DNA from: Candidatus Dormibacteria bacterium
GTDB taxonomy: Bacteria > Chloroflexota > Dormibacteria > Aeolococcales > Aeolococcaceae
Assembly (NCBI GenBank): GCA_050012735.1
Contig: JBEKGP010000001.1
Coordinates: 68,055-125,110, forward strand
DNA: 57,056 bases
Reading direction: 5' to 3'
The number at the start of each line of letters is the position of its first letter. The first letter of the stretch is position 1. Below, in pieces: positions 17,158 through 25,178 of the stretch. A program made the position numbers and the translations under genes. The notes under the pieces are model-generated. The model worked only from the letters and a program-made list of their open reading frames with translations. It did not search any database and was not told the DNA's origin.

Positions 17158-17793
17158 ATGCATCGCATCGCACGCCTCGCCGCCTCCGCCGCTCTCGGCT
17201 ATGCGATCGGATCGATCCCGTCGGGGGTCCTGGTCGGACGCCTGAGCCGTGGCATCGACGTCCGGGAGCACGGCAGCCACAGCATGGGCATGGCCAACGT
17301 CCTGCGCACCGCCGGGCGCGGCCCCGCCGCGATCACTCTGACCCTCGACATCGGCAAGGGCGCCGCGGCGGCCCGCCTCGGCCAGGCCCTCACCGGGGAT
17401 CGCGCCGGGGGCGCGGCCGCGGGCCTGGGAGCGGTGATCGGGCACTCGTGGCCGGTGTTCGTCGGTTTCCGGGGCGGGAAGAGCTCCGCCACCCTCTTCG
17501 GTGCCGCCAGCGTGATCACCCCTCCGGTCGCCGGGGTCTCCCTGATCGCAGGCGTCGGCGCCCTCGCCGTGACCCGCAAGACATCCGTGCTCTCGCTCTC
17601 CGGAAGCATCGCCGGAGGCCTCGCCGCGCTGGCCCTGGGACTGCGCCGCCGTGACCCCGCCGGCCTCGCGCTGGCGCTGCCCGGGGTCGCGGTGGTGATC
17701 TTTCGGCATCGGGAGAACATCGACCGGCTCATCCGAGGGGTCGAGCCTGCGGTGGGTGACCCCGAGACGAGCCACTCCGCCCCCACCGCCTGA
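17158..17793 (+). CDS. plsY: Glycerol-3-phosphate acyltransferase PlsY
   Basis: ORF 17074..17793 trimmed to ATG 17158. LGYAIGSIPSGVLVGR, REHGSHSMGMANVLRTAG, GKGAAAA, HSWPVFVGFRGGKS and FRHRENIDRL are PlsY hallmarks. Confidence 0.85.
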   Translation: MHRIARLAASAALGYAIGSIPSGVLVGRLSRGIDVREHGSHSMGMANVLRTAGRGPAAITLTLDIGKGAAAARLGQALTGDRAGGAAAGLGAVIGHSWPVFVGFRGGKSSATLFGAASVITPPVAGVSLIAGVGALAVTRKTSVLSLSGSIAGGLAALALGLRRRDPAGLALALPGVAVVIFRHRENIDRLIRGVEPAVGDPETSHSAPTA

Positions 17794-17950
17794 CGGCCAC
17801 GCCGCCCCGGGCCACCTGCGCATCGCGCCTGCGGCGGCGGCACACGGCACGACCCATTTCCCAGCTCGCCCGTCGAGGGAGCCTCTCCCCTCCCCGTGCG
17901 GGTCCGGAGGGGACCCCGCCGCCCGGGCTGCCGGTGAGGGCAAACCCGGG

Positions 17951-17964
17951 CGCGGGATCCCGCG
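17951..17964. terminator. Perfect 14-bp palindrome CGCGGGATCCCGCG between convergent plsY and dhaK; possible bidirectional terminator or hairpin
   Basis: Seen directly. A second hairpin CCCCTCC(17887-17893)/GGAGGGG(17906-17912) lies just upstream. No T-tract. Confidence 0.25.
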
Positions 17965-17976
17965 AGCTCCTGCCGA

Positions 17977-18972
17977 TCAGAAGACCCTGATCGACACCTC
18001 GGCCGGCTCGTTCAGCAATCCCTTGATCTCCTCGTTCACCTTGAGCAGGGTGAGCGACGCACCCGCCATCTCGAGCGAGGTGCAGTACTCGTTCACGTAG
18101 CTGCGGAAGACCTTGATGCCCTGAGCCGCGAGCTTCTTGTGCGCGATGCCGTAGAGCAGGTAGAGCTCGCCAATCGTCGTGCCGCCCAGCCCGTTGATCA
18201 TGAGGGCGACCTCGTCACCGCTCTTGAAGGGGAGGTCGGGCACCACGGCGTTGAGCATGATGTCGACGATCTCGGTGGCCGAGACCAGCCTGGTGCGCTG
18301 GCGGCCCGGCTCACCGTGGATGCCGATGCCGACCTCCATCTCGTCGTCGGCGATCTCGAACAGCGGTGCTCCCTTGACCGGCGGGGTGCAGGAGCTGAGC
18401 GCGATTCCCAGCGTCCTCACGTTGGCGATGATCTCATTGCCGATGCGCACCAGCTCCTCGAGCGACGCGCCCTTCTCGGAGGCCGCACCCACCGCTTTGA
18501 TGACAAAGAAGTTGCCGGCCACGCCGCGCCGTCCCACCGTCCAGGTCGAGTCCTTGACGGCCACGTCGTCGTTGACGAGCAGCGTTGCCACCTTGATGCC
18601 GTCCATCTCGCACATCTCCCGGCCCTGCTCGAAGGCGAGCCGGTCGCCGGTGTAGTTGTTGACGAGGTGGAGAACCCCCATGGGCGAGTTCATCAGCTTG
18701 GTGGTCTCGTACACGAACTCGACGGGCGGCCCGGCGAAGACGTCACCGGGACAGGCCGCGTCGAGCATGCCCTTGCCCACGATCATGGTGTGGGCCGGCT
18801 CGTGGCCGGAGCCGGATCCCTGGATGATCGAGACCTTGTTCGCCTGGGGCATGTCGGCGCGGTAGATGAGGTTGTACTTGGGCTCGTACTTGAGCCTCCC
18901 GCCGCTCGCCAGGTGGATGCCCTCCAGCATCTCGGGCACGAATTGCCTCGGGTCGTTGACGAACTTCTTCAT
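17977..18972 (-). CDS. dhaK: Dihydroxyacetone kinase subunit DhaK (copy 1, divergent paralog)
   Basis: ORF 17977..19008 trimmed to ATG 18972 (MKKFVNDP). [47 protein letters not shown] (substrate-binding His). Confidence 0.9.
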   Translation of the reverse strand: MKKFVNDPRQFVPEMLEGIHLASGGRLKYEPKYNLIYRADMPQANKVSIIQGSGSGHEPAHTMIVGKGMLDAACPGDVFAGPPVEFVYETTKLMNSPMGVLHLVNNYTGDRLAFEQGREMCEMDGIKVATLLVNDDVAVKDSTWTVGRRGVAGNFFVIKAVGAASEKGASLEELVRIGNEIIANVRTLGIALSSCTPPVKGAPLFEIADDEMEVGIGIHGEPGRQRTRLVSATEIVDIMLNAVVPDLPFKSGDEVALMINGLGGTTIGELYLLYGIAHKKLAAQGIKVFRSYVNEYCTSLEMAGASLTLLKVNEEIKGLLNEPAEVSIRVF

Positions 18973-19643
18973 CTGCCAGTCTCCTTCCGAGCGTATTTCT
19001 CGCGCCAAGCCGCGCTGACGCTTTGCAAGATGACGCCGACGGCGGTGGCCCCGGCGTCGACCGAACCGATGCTCCGCTCCCCGGTGTAGGCCGCACGGCC
19101 GCGCAGCGCCAGCATCGGCTTGGTGGCCTCGGCGGCCCGGACGGCCTCCTCCGCCGCCTCCTGGAGCGCCGCGCTCCCGTGGTCCTGCGCAGCCTCGGGA
19201 CGGGCCAGTCCGGCCTCCAACGTGTCGATCGCAGGTACCAGGGCATCGAGGAGCGTCTTGTCCCCGAGCGACGCCCCTCCGCGGTGCATGATGCCCGCGA
19301 CGGCGGCGCGGAGGATGGCGATCACGTCGGCGGCGGTGAGCTCGGTCTTGTCACCGGCCGCCTGCGACGCCCGCAGGAACGCCGTGCCCCAGATCGGACC
19401 GCTGACCCCACCCACCTTGCCGGAGAGCACGAAGCCCACCTTCTTGAGGACCGCGCCCACGCTGCTCCGGTCGAAGGTGTCGTAGTCGCTGACCACCACC
19501 TCGAAGCCGTTCCGGAGTGAGTAACCGAAGTCGCCGTCCCCCACCACGCTGTCGAGCTCAGCGAAGTAAACGGCATTGTCAACGATGGTCTTGGCCATCG
19601 TCCTCAGAACAAGATCGACGTCATCGATTGCGCTCGCCGCCAT
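18969..19643 (-). CDS. dhaL: Dihydroxyacetone kinase ADP-binding subunit DhaL (copy 1)
   Basis: 224-aa ORF. LDSVVGDGDFG, GGVSGPIWG, GDKTLLDAL, RGRAAYTGERSIG. The stop overlaps the dhaK start (ATGA). Confidence 0.85.
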   Translation of the reverse strand: MAASAIDDVDLVLRTMAKTIVDNAVYFAELDSVVGDGDFGYSLRNGFEVVVSDYDTFDRSSVGAVLKKVGFVLSGKVGGVSGPIWGTAFLRASQAAGDKTELTAADVIAILRAAVAGIMHRGGASLGDKTLLDALVPAIDTLEAGLARPEAAQDHGSAALQEAAEEAVRAAEATKPMLALRGRAAYTGERSIGSVDAGATAVGVILQSVSAAWREKYARKETGR

Positions 19644-19680
19644 CCTGTGTGCTCCTCTGCTTCCTGATATCTCTGCGTCG

Positions 19681-20454
19681 CTATCCCCCCAGGCAGGCCT
19701 CCAGGTCGGTCAGTGCGACGAAGTCGCCTGGGCGTGAACTGCTCCGATTGGCGATCACCACGCTCCTCTCTCCCCCGGGGTCGCCCAGTGACGAGACCAC
19801 CAGCACCGCCTCGCTGAAGTCCTCGTGGGCCGTGTAACCGTTGACGGTGATGAGACAGCGCAGACCAGCGCCACGCGCCGCCTCGAGGCCGTTGCGCGAA
19901 TCCTCGATGACGAGCACCCGATCCGCCGCCGTGCCCAGCTTCTCGATGGCCAGGAGGTAGATGTCGGGAGCTGGCTTCTTGCGGGGGACACAGTCGCCGG
20001 CGAGCAGGACATCGAAGCGCGCCGCGCGCTCCGGACCCGCCGCCTGATCCAGGATGGCTCGCACCGACGGCTCCGCCGACGTCGACGCCACCGCCAGCCT
20101 CCATCCCGCATCCTGAGCCTCACCGATGATCCGCCGGATGCCCGGCCGCGGCGGCAGCTTTCCGGCGGCCACCATCTCCGTGTAGATCTGGGTCTTGCGT
20201 TTGTGCCACGCGCCGAGCAGCGCGGCTCTGCCCTCCGGATCGTCAGGCAGGTGGTGGGTGCGGACAAACTCCGGCGAAAGCTCGCTCGCCATCCGCTCCT
20301 TGCCGCCGGCGATCTCCAGCTTATGCCCGTACTGCTCCTCCGACCAATGCAGCGGCACGCCGACCTCGGCGAAGGTCTGGTTGAAGGCCGGCAGGTGGCC
20401 GTACCGCTCGGTGTCGGCGAGCACGCCGTCGCAGTCGAAGAGGATGGCGCTCAC
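19681..20454 (-). CDS. HAD-superfamily phosphatase (CbbY/beta-PGM-like subfamily IA)
   Basis: 257-aa ORF (GTG start overlaps the upstream stop, GTGA). AILFDCDGVLADTE motif I, ASTS motif II, KKPAPDIY, VIEDSRNG motif III. Confidence 0.75.
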   Translation of the reverse strand: MSAILFDCDGVLADTERYGHLPAFNQTFAEVGVPLHWSEEQYGHKLEIAGGKERMASELSPEFVRTHHLPDDPEGRAALLGAWHKRKTQIYTEMVAAGKLPPRPGIRRIIGEAQDAGWRLAVASTSAEPSVRAILDQAAGPERAARFDVLLAGDCVPRKKPAPDIYLLAIEKLGTAADRVLVIEDSRNGLEAARGAGLRCLITVNGYTAHEDFSEAVLVVSSLGDPGGERSVVIANRSSSRPGDFVALTDLEACLGG

Positions 20455-21305
20455 GCCCAGGCCTTCCCCTCGCTCCCGAAGAGCCGGATGTGGTACTTCG
20501 CCATCTCCATCACGGCGGTCCGCTGCGCCGTGAAGATGGCGGGCGGGTCGTAGACACCGGGGTGGGCGCTCATGTACTCGTAGCCGGACTTCATGAAGGC
20601 GATCTTCAGAGCGGTCGAGATGTTCACCTTGGCGCAGCCCCGGCCGATCAGGTCACTGAACTGCTCCGCCGTCATGCCCGTCCCGCCGTGGAGGGCGACC
20701 GGGATGCCGGTGGCCTCGACGATGTCGCTGACGCGCTGGCTGTCGAGGTGAGGGGTGGCCGCGTAGACGCCGTGGGCGTTGCCGATCGCCGGGGCGAAGA
20801 CGTCGACCCCGGTGGTGCGTACGAAGTCGACCACCGTCTTCAGCGACTGGACGTGCTCCGCCTCGTCGCCGGTCATCTCCTCGGTCCGCTTGAAGCCCTC
20901 GATCTCACCCTCGACGTCAGCCCCATGACGGCGCGCCTCCTCGACCACCTCGACGCACTGACGCATGTTCTCCTCGACGGACAGCTTGCTCGCGTCGAAG
21001 AGGACGGAGTTCCAGCCCATCGCCAGGCATTCGCTGATGAGGGCCCGATCGGGGCAGTGATCGAGATGGAGTGCGACCGGGACCGTGATCTTCTCGGTCA
21101 TCTCCCGCCACATCGCGTACATGACGCCAACCCCGGTCATCACCACGTGCTTGACCGAGGTCTGGACGATCACCGGAGCCCGCAACTCCTCCGCGGCCGT
21201 CAGCACCGCCTCCATGGAGAGGTCGTTGACGACGTTGATCGCCGCCACGCCGTACCTCTCCTGGAAGGCTCGCTGGAGAATGGATTTGGTGGTGACGACA
21301 GGCAT
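20451..21305 (-). CDS. Class II ketose-bisphosphate aldolase (fructose/tagatose-1,6-bisphosphate aldolase family)
   Basis: 284-aa ORF. YGVAAINV, VIVQTS, PVALHLDHC (Zn ligands), DVEGEIEG, FAPAIGNAHG, LHGGTG. Confidence 0.85.
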   Translation of the reverse strand: MPVVTTKSILQRAFQERYGVAAINVVNDLSMEAVLTAAEELRAPVIVQTSVKHVVMTGVGVMYAMWREMTEKITVPVALHLDHCPDRALISECLAMGWNSVLFDASKLSVEENMRQCVEVVEEARRHGADVEGEIEGFKRTEEMTGDEAEHVQSLKTVVDFVRTTGVDVFAPAIGNAHGVYAATPHLDSQRVSDIVEATGIPVALHGGTGMTAEQFSDLIGRGCAKVNISTALKIAFMKSGYEYMSAHPGVYDPPAIFTAQRTAVMEMAKYHIRLFGSEGKAWA

Positions 21306-21307
21306 AT

Positions 21308-22363
21308 CTACACCTCCCGTTGGAATGGCCGGGGGCCGTCGCCAGCCCGACCCGCCATCGCCGGTTCATGGGCCGCGAGGTCAAGAACTGCCCGCGCGTT
21401 GCCCTCATCCACAACCAGGACACCGATCACCCCGGCGCGCAGCATCCCGAGGATCGCCCGCGGCTTCTCGGGTTCGCTGACCACCGCCACCACCGTCTCC
21501 ACGCGGCGCAGGTGATCGACGGTCAGGGCGAGCAGCCGCTCCTGGTGCGGTGAGGCGACAGAGCGTCCGTCGATGTCGACGTAGTTCCCCAGGACGTCCC
21601 CGACCGCCCCCTGGCTGCGCAGCCAGGCGATCTCGTCGGTGGTCAGACAACCCGACCTCACCATCGTGCAGCCGTCGTCGGTGCCCCCGATGCCGACCAG
21701 GGCCACCGTCGCCTGCGCGGCCCGGTCCAGGGTCTGGGCGATCGCCTCCTGGGCGAGCAGCTGGTCCCGGATCTCGACACTCTCCACGTAGGCGGGTGCG
21801 TACAGGCTCACCGCCTCTCCCCCACAGCCGGCGGCGAGGGCGCGGCAGATCTCGTTCGGGTTGGTCGGCGCCGCCACGCCCGGGGAGCCCCCCATGGCGC
21901 TCACGAAGGTGACGTCCAGACGGCTGCTCGGCCGGAAGAACCGGGGCACCTCGCCGACCGCGCGCCCGTGGCTCACGGCCACCACGCAGCCGTCATGGAG
22001 ACGCCGCTCCAGGTAGCTCGCGGCGCGCTGGGCGACAGCCTCGCGCTCCGCCAACGGGTCGGCGCGCGCCGAGCAGACGATCGCGTCGGTCAGACCGAAG
22101 GTCTCACGGAGCTGGCTCTCGAGCTCCAGCCGCAGCCACGGAGGGGCCTGGATGTGGATGGCGACGACCCCGGAGCGGCGCGCACGGTCCAGCAGGCGCT
22201 GGACCTTGGGCCGGGAGAGGGCAAACTCGTGGGCGATCTCCTCCTGAGTGCGCTCGTCCACGTAGTACCGCTGAGCCAGCCGGGCGAGCAGCTCGTACTC
22301 GTCCTCGCGCAACTCCTCGCGCAACTCCTCCCGCACGCTCCCGCCACCCCGTAACTCATGCAC
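21308..22363 (-). CDS. SorC/DeoR-type sugar-binding transcriptional regulator
   Basis: ORF 21308..22420. HTH LARLAQRYYVDERTQEEIAHEFALSRPKVQRLLDRARRSGVVAIHI followed by a sugar-phosphate-binding domain (GIGGTDDG, LGNYVD). Start is uncertain; placed at GTG 22363. Confidence 0.8.
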   Translation of the reverse strand: MHELRGGGSVREELREELREDEYELLARLAQRYYVDERTQEEIAHEFALSRPKVQRLLDRARRSGVVAIHIQAPPWLRLELESQLRETFGLTDAIVCSARADPLAEREAVAQRAASYLERRLHDGCVVAVSHGRAVGEVPRFFRPSSRLDVTFVSAMGGSPGVAAPTNPNEICRALAAGCGGEAVSLYAPAYVESVEIRDQLLAQEAIAQTLDRAAQATVALVGIGGTDDGCTMVRSGCLTTDEIAWLRSQGAVGDVLGNYVDIDGRSVASPHQERLLALTVDHLRRVETVVAVVSEPEKPRAILGMLRAGVIGVLVVDEGNARAVLDLAAHEPAMAGRAGDGPRPFQREV

Positions 22364-22366
22364 CCG

Positions 22367-22380
22367 TGAGCAAATGCTCA
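22367..22380. promoter_or_regulatory. 14-bp palindrome TGAGCAAATGCTCA immediately upstream of the SorC start; candidate operator
   Basis: Perfect 6+2+6 inverted repeat in an AT-richer patch. A minus-strand GATAAT -10-like hexamer (22392-22397) lies just upstream. Confidence 0.35.
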
Positions 22381-22506
22381 CCGACGCACAGATTATCGAT
22401 CCAGGGACGCCCAGATGCAAGCCGCTCCGGGGTGACCTCGCGTCAAGCGAGGGCTGAGGTCAGGACCAGGCGCGGATGTGGGCGATCCGCAGCCCCATGT
22501 CACGCC

Positions 22507-24003
22507 TCATTCGTCGTCGTCGTCCACCCACTCGAGGCTGCGCGCGACCGCCTTCTTCCACTTCCGGAAGCGCCGCTCACGGGTCTCGGGGTCGAGCCTG
22601 GGGAGCCATTCCGCGGCCTTGTGCCAGTTGGCACGGAGACTCTCCACATCCGGCCAGAAGCCGACGGCGAGACCGGCGGCGTAGGCGGCGCCCAGGGACA
22701 CCGTCTCGGAGACGATCGGCCGGACGACCGGTACACCGAGGGAGTCGGCGAGGAGCTGCATCATCAGGTTGTCGGCGGTCATACCGCCGTCGGCCCGGAG
22801 CACGCGGAGCACGGTCCCTGCGTCGCTGTTCATGGCCTCGATGACCTCACGGGTCTGCCACGCCGTCGCCTCCAGCACCGCCCGGGCCAGGTGGCCCTTG
22901 GTGGTGAAACCGGTGAGGCCGGCGATCACGCCACGCGCGTCAGAGCGCCAATGGGGCGCAAAGAGGCCGGAGAAGGCCGGCACCACGTAGACCCCCCCGC
23001 TGTCGTCCACGGTCCGTGCGAGGGTCTCGATCTCGGCGGCGCTGGAGATCATGCCCAGCTTGTCGCGCAGCCACTGCACCAGAGCTCCCGTGACCGCGAT
23101 GGAGCCCTCGAGCGCGTACGTCGGCGGCGCCCCGGCGATCCGGCAGCCCACGGTGGTGAGCAGCCCGTGGGTGGACTCCACCAGCCGTTCTCCCGTGTTG
23201 AGGAGCAGGAAGCTGCCGGTGCCGTAAGTGCACTTGCCCTCCCCGGCCGCGAAACAGGTCTGGCCGAAGAGCGCCGCCTGCTGATCCCCCAAGGCGGCGG
23301 CGACCGGCAGGCCACGGAGCGGCGCGCCGGCCTCACCGTACGGCTCCGAGGAGGCATGGATCTCCGGCAGCATCGCCCGGGGCACCTTCATCGCTTCGAG
23401 CAGCTCGCCGTCCCAGTCCAGCGACCGGAGGTCCATGAGCATGGTCCGGCTGGCGTTGGTGACGTCGGTCACGTGGCGGCCGGTGAGATTCCAGATCAAC
23501 CAGGTGTCCATGGTCCCGAACAGCACATCGCCCCGCTCGGCTCGCTCCCGAGACCCCTCCACGTGGTCGAGGATCCACTGGATCTTCGGCCCCGAGAAGT
23601 AGGTCGTGAGGGGGAGCCCGGTCTTGGCCCGGAAGCGGTCCTTCCCCCCCTCGGTGGCGAGGCGGTTGACGATCTTGTCGGTGCGGGTGTCCTGCCAGCT
23701 GATCGCGTTGTAGATCGGCCGGCCGCTGCGGCGGTCCCAGACCAGGGTGGTCTCCCGCTGGTTGGCGATGCCCAGGGCGACCAGGTCGGTGAGCTTGAGC
23801 CCGGCCTTCTCCAGGGCATCCGGCACCACCTGGAGCACGTTGCCGAGGATCTCCTCCGCATCCTGCTCGACCCATCCGGGCCGCGGGAAGAGCTGCCGGT
23901 GCTCCTTCTGAGCCACCGACACGATCCTGCCCCGGTCGTCGAACAGGAGGCAGCGCGACGACGCGCTCCCCTGGTCGATGGATGCCACGTAGGCGCCCGT
24001 CAC
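22507..24003 (-). CDS. glpK: Glycerol kinase (copy 1)
   Basis: 498-aa ORF (GTG start). [68 protein letters not shown]. Confidence 0.95.
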   Translation of the reverse strand: MTGAYVASIDQGSASSRCLLFDDRGRIVSVAQKEHRQLFPRPGWVEQDAEEILGNVLQVVPDALEKAGLKLTDLVALGIANQRETTLVWDRRSGRPIYNAISWQDTRTDKIVNRLATEGGKDRFRAKTGLPLTTYFSGPKIQWILDHVEGSRERAERGDVLFGTMDTWLIWNLTGRHVTDVTNASRTMLMDLRSLDWDGELLEAMKVPRAMLPEIHASSEPYGEAGAPLRGLPVAAALGDQQAALFGQTCFAAGEGKCTYGTGSFLLLNTGERLVESTHGLLTTVGCRIAGAPPTYALEGSIAVTGALVQWLRDKLGMISSAAEIETLARTVDDSGGVYVVPAFSGLFAPHWRSDARGVIAGLTGFTTKGHLARAVLEATAWQTREVIEAMNSDAGTVLRVLRADGGMTADNLMMQLLADSLGVPVVRPIVSETVSLGAAYAAGLAVGFWPDVESLRANWHKAAEWLPRLDPETRERRFRKWKKAVARSLEWVDDDDE

Positions 24004-24166
24004 CCGGCCACCCCCTTCCCAGCCTCTCCCCCCGAGGACGGTGCCAACGGAGCCGTGGCAGACGCTGTCACACCGGCCCGCTCATCCCCACGATGGTGCC
24101 CAGTCTCCGGGCTGGTCGATGCGCTGTCAAGCGCCCAGGCCGGTGCCCACGGCGCGCGCAGCGCGG

Positions 24167-24931
24167 CTACCACGGGATCGCCCCCAGGTCGCGGGAGATC
24201 GCCCGCGCCGACTCGCGCACGTACGCGACCAGATCGCTGCGAGGCTGCTCCGAGTCGCACAGCCGTTCGATCGGCCCCGAGATGGCGATGGAACCCACGG
24301 TGTGTTCGCTGCGGTCGGTGATCGGAGCGGCGACCGAGCCCTGGCCGTCGACCAGCTCCCCGATGTCGGCGGCCCAGCCGCGCTTCTTGACCTCCTTGAG
24401 CGCGGCGGTCAGCTGTTTGCCGTCGGTGATCGTGGAGGGGGTGAAGCGGGTCAGCTCCTCCCCGCCCAGCTCGGCGAGCACGTAGGGGTTGGCGGCGAGC
24501 AATGCCTTGCCCAGCGCGGTCGCGTGGAGGGGCAGCAGCGAGCCGACCTGCAGCACCTGGTAGCTGTCATCGGGGCGGAAGACGTGGTGGACGACCAGCA
24601 CCCGGCCGTCGTGAAGAGTGCCGATCCGCACCGTCTCGTTGCTGCGAGCGGCCAGCGAGTCTGCCCAGTTGAGCGCCCGGGAGCGCAGCTCGTTGCCGTC
24701 CAGGTAGGTGCTGCCGAGGTGGAGCAGCGCCGCTCCGAGCTGGTACTTCCCCGAGTCCGGGTCCTTCTCGACGAACCCGACCTGCTGGAGGGTGCGCAGG
24801 ATCCCGAAGACCGTTCCTTTGGGCAGGCCCATCTGGGCGGACAGCTCGATCAGGCTGAGACGGCGAGCCCGCCCGGAGAGCAGGTGCATGACCTGCGCGG
24901 CGCGTTGAATCGATTGAATCGGCCGCGGCAT
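24167..24931 (-). CDS. IclR-family transcriptional regulator
   Basis: 254-aa ORF. N-terminal wHTH IQRAAQVMHLLSGRARRLSLIELSAQMGLPKGTVFGILRTLQQVGFVEKD plus a C-terminal IclR effector domain (GKALLA, AAPI). Confidence 0.9.
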   Translation of the reverse strand: MPRPIQSIQRAAQVMHLLSGRARRLSLIELSAQMGLPKGTVFGILRTLQQVGFVEKDPDSGKYQLGAALLHLGSTYLDGNELRSRALNWADSLAARSNETVRIGTLHDGRVLVVHHVFRPDDSYQVLQVGSLLPLHATALGKALLAANPYVLAELGGEELTRFTPSTITDGKQLTAALKEVKKRGWAADIGELVDGQGSVAAPITDRSEHTVGSIAISGPIERLCDSEQPRSDLVAYVRESARAISRDLGAIPW

Positions 24932-24973
24932 CTGGGTACCCTACCTGATCGGTGGGGCATTCTGAGAAGTGGG

Positions 24974-25001
24974 TTGACAATGCCCAACGCTACCGGATAA
25001 T
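24974..25001 (+). promoter_or_regulatory. Near-consensus sigma70-type promoter for the glpF operon (TTGACA-16 nt-GATAAT)
   Basis: TTGACA at 24974-24979 and GATAAT at 24996-25001. The inverted repeat GGCATT(24956-24961)/AATGCC(24980-24985) straddles the -35 box. Confidence 0.45.
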
Positions 25002-25079
25002 GGCCAACGCGTCTAGGCCAGCCGAACCCCAACCGCCCCCAGGGGAGGGGCGGAGGTTCGCGAAGGGAGGATCAGGCGC

Positions 25080-25178
25080 ATGAGGGCTGTGTCGTGCGAC
25101 GGGCGCGGGAGCGCTGCCCGTTTTCCACTGGTGAACCAAGTTTTCGCTTGGATCAATTGGAGGGTTTGGCATGGCTGA
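25080..25178 (+). CDS. Candidate 32-codon leader peptide (uORF) of the glpF operon
   Basis: ATG 25080 lies 9 nt after AAGGGAGGA (25063-25071). Translation is MRAVSCDGRGSAARFPLVNQVFAWINWRVWHG. The TGA at 25176-25178 overlaps the glpF ATG 25171 (ATGGCTGA). Too short for the ORF track. Confidence 0.35.
   Translation: MRAVSCDGRGSAARFPLVNQVFAWINWRVWHG
25101..25126 (+). terminator. Terminator-like hairpin plus T4 inside the glpF leader/uORF; possible attenuator
   Basis: GGGCGCG-GGAG-CGC(T)GCCC is a 7-bp GC stem with one bulge, followed by GTTTTCC. T-runs are rare in this sequence. Confidence 0.3.
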
